Of a stretch of DNA of 64,000 nt, positions 62,120 to 64,000 are shown one piece after another. Position 1 is the first letter of the stretch. Each line of letters begins with the position of its first letter. The position numbers were made by a program, and so were the translations under genes. Under the pieces are notes generated by a model. The model was not told where the DNA came from, did not search any database, and saw nothing but the letters and a program-made list of their open reading frames with translations. This DNA is from Octopus sinensis (Eukaryota): the NCBI RefSeq assembly GCF_006345805.1, contig NC_043002.1:92690001-92754000 (forward strand). The letters run 5' to 3'.

Positions 62120-64000
62120 TACTGCGAAAGATAGATATTACTATTGTCTTTGTCACTAATTAACAGTGTCTTTGTCACCAGTAAGTATTTATTACTATAG
62201 CAAGTTGCATTCTCAAGTTGTATCCCCTTTTATTCAGTACAGTGTCATAGACTGAGACTTGCCAGTTGTGCCCTATTCAAGTACTATAACGATATATGTC
62301 TAACAACTGTACCCAGCTGTGTGTCCTGTTAATTCTTTGTTGTATCGTATGTTACAGCTGCTATAAGATGTCTTTGTTTACAATACCATATGTGAAGTCT
62401 GCTAAAGGATACCGTGTCCTATAAATTCTGTACAACACTATGTTAAGGATAACAGCTTGTACTATCTCAGTTCACTATAATATATTTGAAGACTGTTACA
62501 TGTTTTGTGTTCCTATATACAATGTTAAGAATTCTACAGCAAGTTGTCTTACTAATTTTATACAATTCCATGCCATAAATTTACCAGAACTAGGTTGTGT
62601 CTCACTAATTCTCTACAATGTTCTATGCAAAAATTATTGCGGCAAATTTTGTCCTTTGTTATAGACAGAATGTCATTATATTAAGACTATAACGACAGGT
62701 CTGTCATCTTAACTGTAAACCATATACTATTTTCATGATTATTACAATAAGTTGTGTTCTAATTCTATAAGCTAATTCATGATAAGATTACTACCGGATG
62801 TTGTGTTCACTTAATTCTGTTCCATGTCACACGTTATATCACATGTCATCAATTCGCGTTCTAATTCTGTTAAGAACTTACTTGATGACTGATAACTTAA
62901 GTACGAAAGCAAGTTGTGTCCTGTGTCCGCTTAATGCCAAACAGTATCTTCTTAATATTTCTGCACGCCGTCAAAGGTCAGGACTGCTTGTGAAACGTGA
63001 ATTGTCTTAATTTTTTTGTAGAGAAAGTTTTGTCCTCATTCTCTGCAGCTGCGGCCGACAACGTTTTTTACACCACAGACTGATTTCGTACAAGACATGA
63101 TCCGTGGATCACGCGCATAACAAAACAATAAAATGCATGATATATAATTTGATTATTACATATATATGTAATACTTGTATATTTATTTTTTTATTGCTCG
63201 CAGGGAGGTTAATAATATTTGTACATTGCATATATGATATAATATATAATGCAAAAACACCCTGCAGACCGCGATAGTCAATAAAATAGAAATAAAATGA
63301 AAAACTTACTTTCTGCGCAGTCCGGTACGAAATAATCCACAGCTCGGTATTGGACTGCGGCCCAGTAGTGGATGGGGACTCCTCTTTCATGGTGCCACGT
63401 GTCTTAATTCTACTACAGTATAAGGTGACCTACCCATTCTGCACAATGTCGTAGCTTATGAATACACCAACAAATTCGTTACATAATTCTGGACAATATT
63501 ATATGTTAGGAATTCTAATCGCAGGTTTATACCCTGCTAGTTCTGTGAAGTATTATAATTCTTCTGCATTAATTTGTGTTCTCTGTATTCCAGACGGTGT
63601 CATTTAAGATTATTAATATAGAAACACGCATTTTCTTTCTATTCAAAGTAATATTTTAAAACTACTAGGGTATATTGTGAATTCTTAACTTTGTGCAATG
63701 ATTCTGTTAAAATCCCTACGTCCATTGCAGTCAGTTTTGCCTCTTATATACAATATCATATACCTTATGACCTTCAATTATGTACAGTATTATACATACA
63801 TTTGTGATCTTTTATGTACAATGTTGCGATGTCATACACTTGTGACATCTTGATAATGTACAAAGTCATATACTTGTGACATCTTGATAATCTAGTCATA
63901 TACTTGTGACATTTAATTATGCACTATGTCATACATATACTTGTGATCGTTTTAATTATGTACAATCTCATATACTTTGATCTTTTTAATTATATACATT
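62120..64000. repeat. Highly degenerate AT-rich tandem repeat, clearer ~30-35 bp units at the window end
   Basis: Recurrent AAGTTGTGTC...AATTCTGTACA; from ~63820 GTCATATACTTGTGACATCTTGATAAT. Confidence 0.55.
63045..63386. mobile_element. Probable hAT-type MITE remnant
   Basis: End CGGTATTGGACTGCGGCCCAGTAGTGGATGGGGACTCCT resembles GCGGCCCGG..GTTGGGGACCCCTG termini; left end unclear. Confidence 0.35.

Overview
AT-rich, microsatellite-dense eukaryotic non-coding DNA (intronic or intergenic). The repeat families resemble those I recall from Octopus (coleoid cephalopod) genomes; this is an inference, not a database match. I can support no host protein-coding gene: nearly all listed ORFs are translations of microsatellites or SINEs, and the one clearly recognisable protein fragment is the C-terminus of a CR1-type LINE ORF2 (~50.05-50.5 kb, minus strand). 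The window holds about 45 tRNA-derived SINE copies from four head families (my labels A-D) with interchangeable tails. It also holds six copies of a GGATC-ended MITE with 8-bp TSDs, hAT and Tc1/pogo-type MITEs, two non-autonomous Helitron families, Penelope-like inverted repeats (one with a hammerhead-like fold) and several mini/satellites. Best observations: (1) a MITE copy at 33.3 kb carrying 31 nt identical to the flank of the copy at 0.5 kb plus a rebuilt outer terminus; (2) three independent SINE-A tandem arrays joined at the same internal G|GTATT site, which matches the family's apparent genomic target preference and suggests self-targeted retroposition; (3) an inverted triplication at a SINE insertion; (4) a head-to-head palindrome with a degenerate type I hammerhead. 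Coordinates were read by eye and may be off by a few bases.
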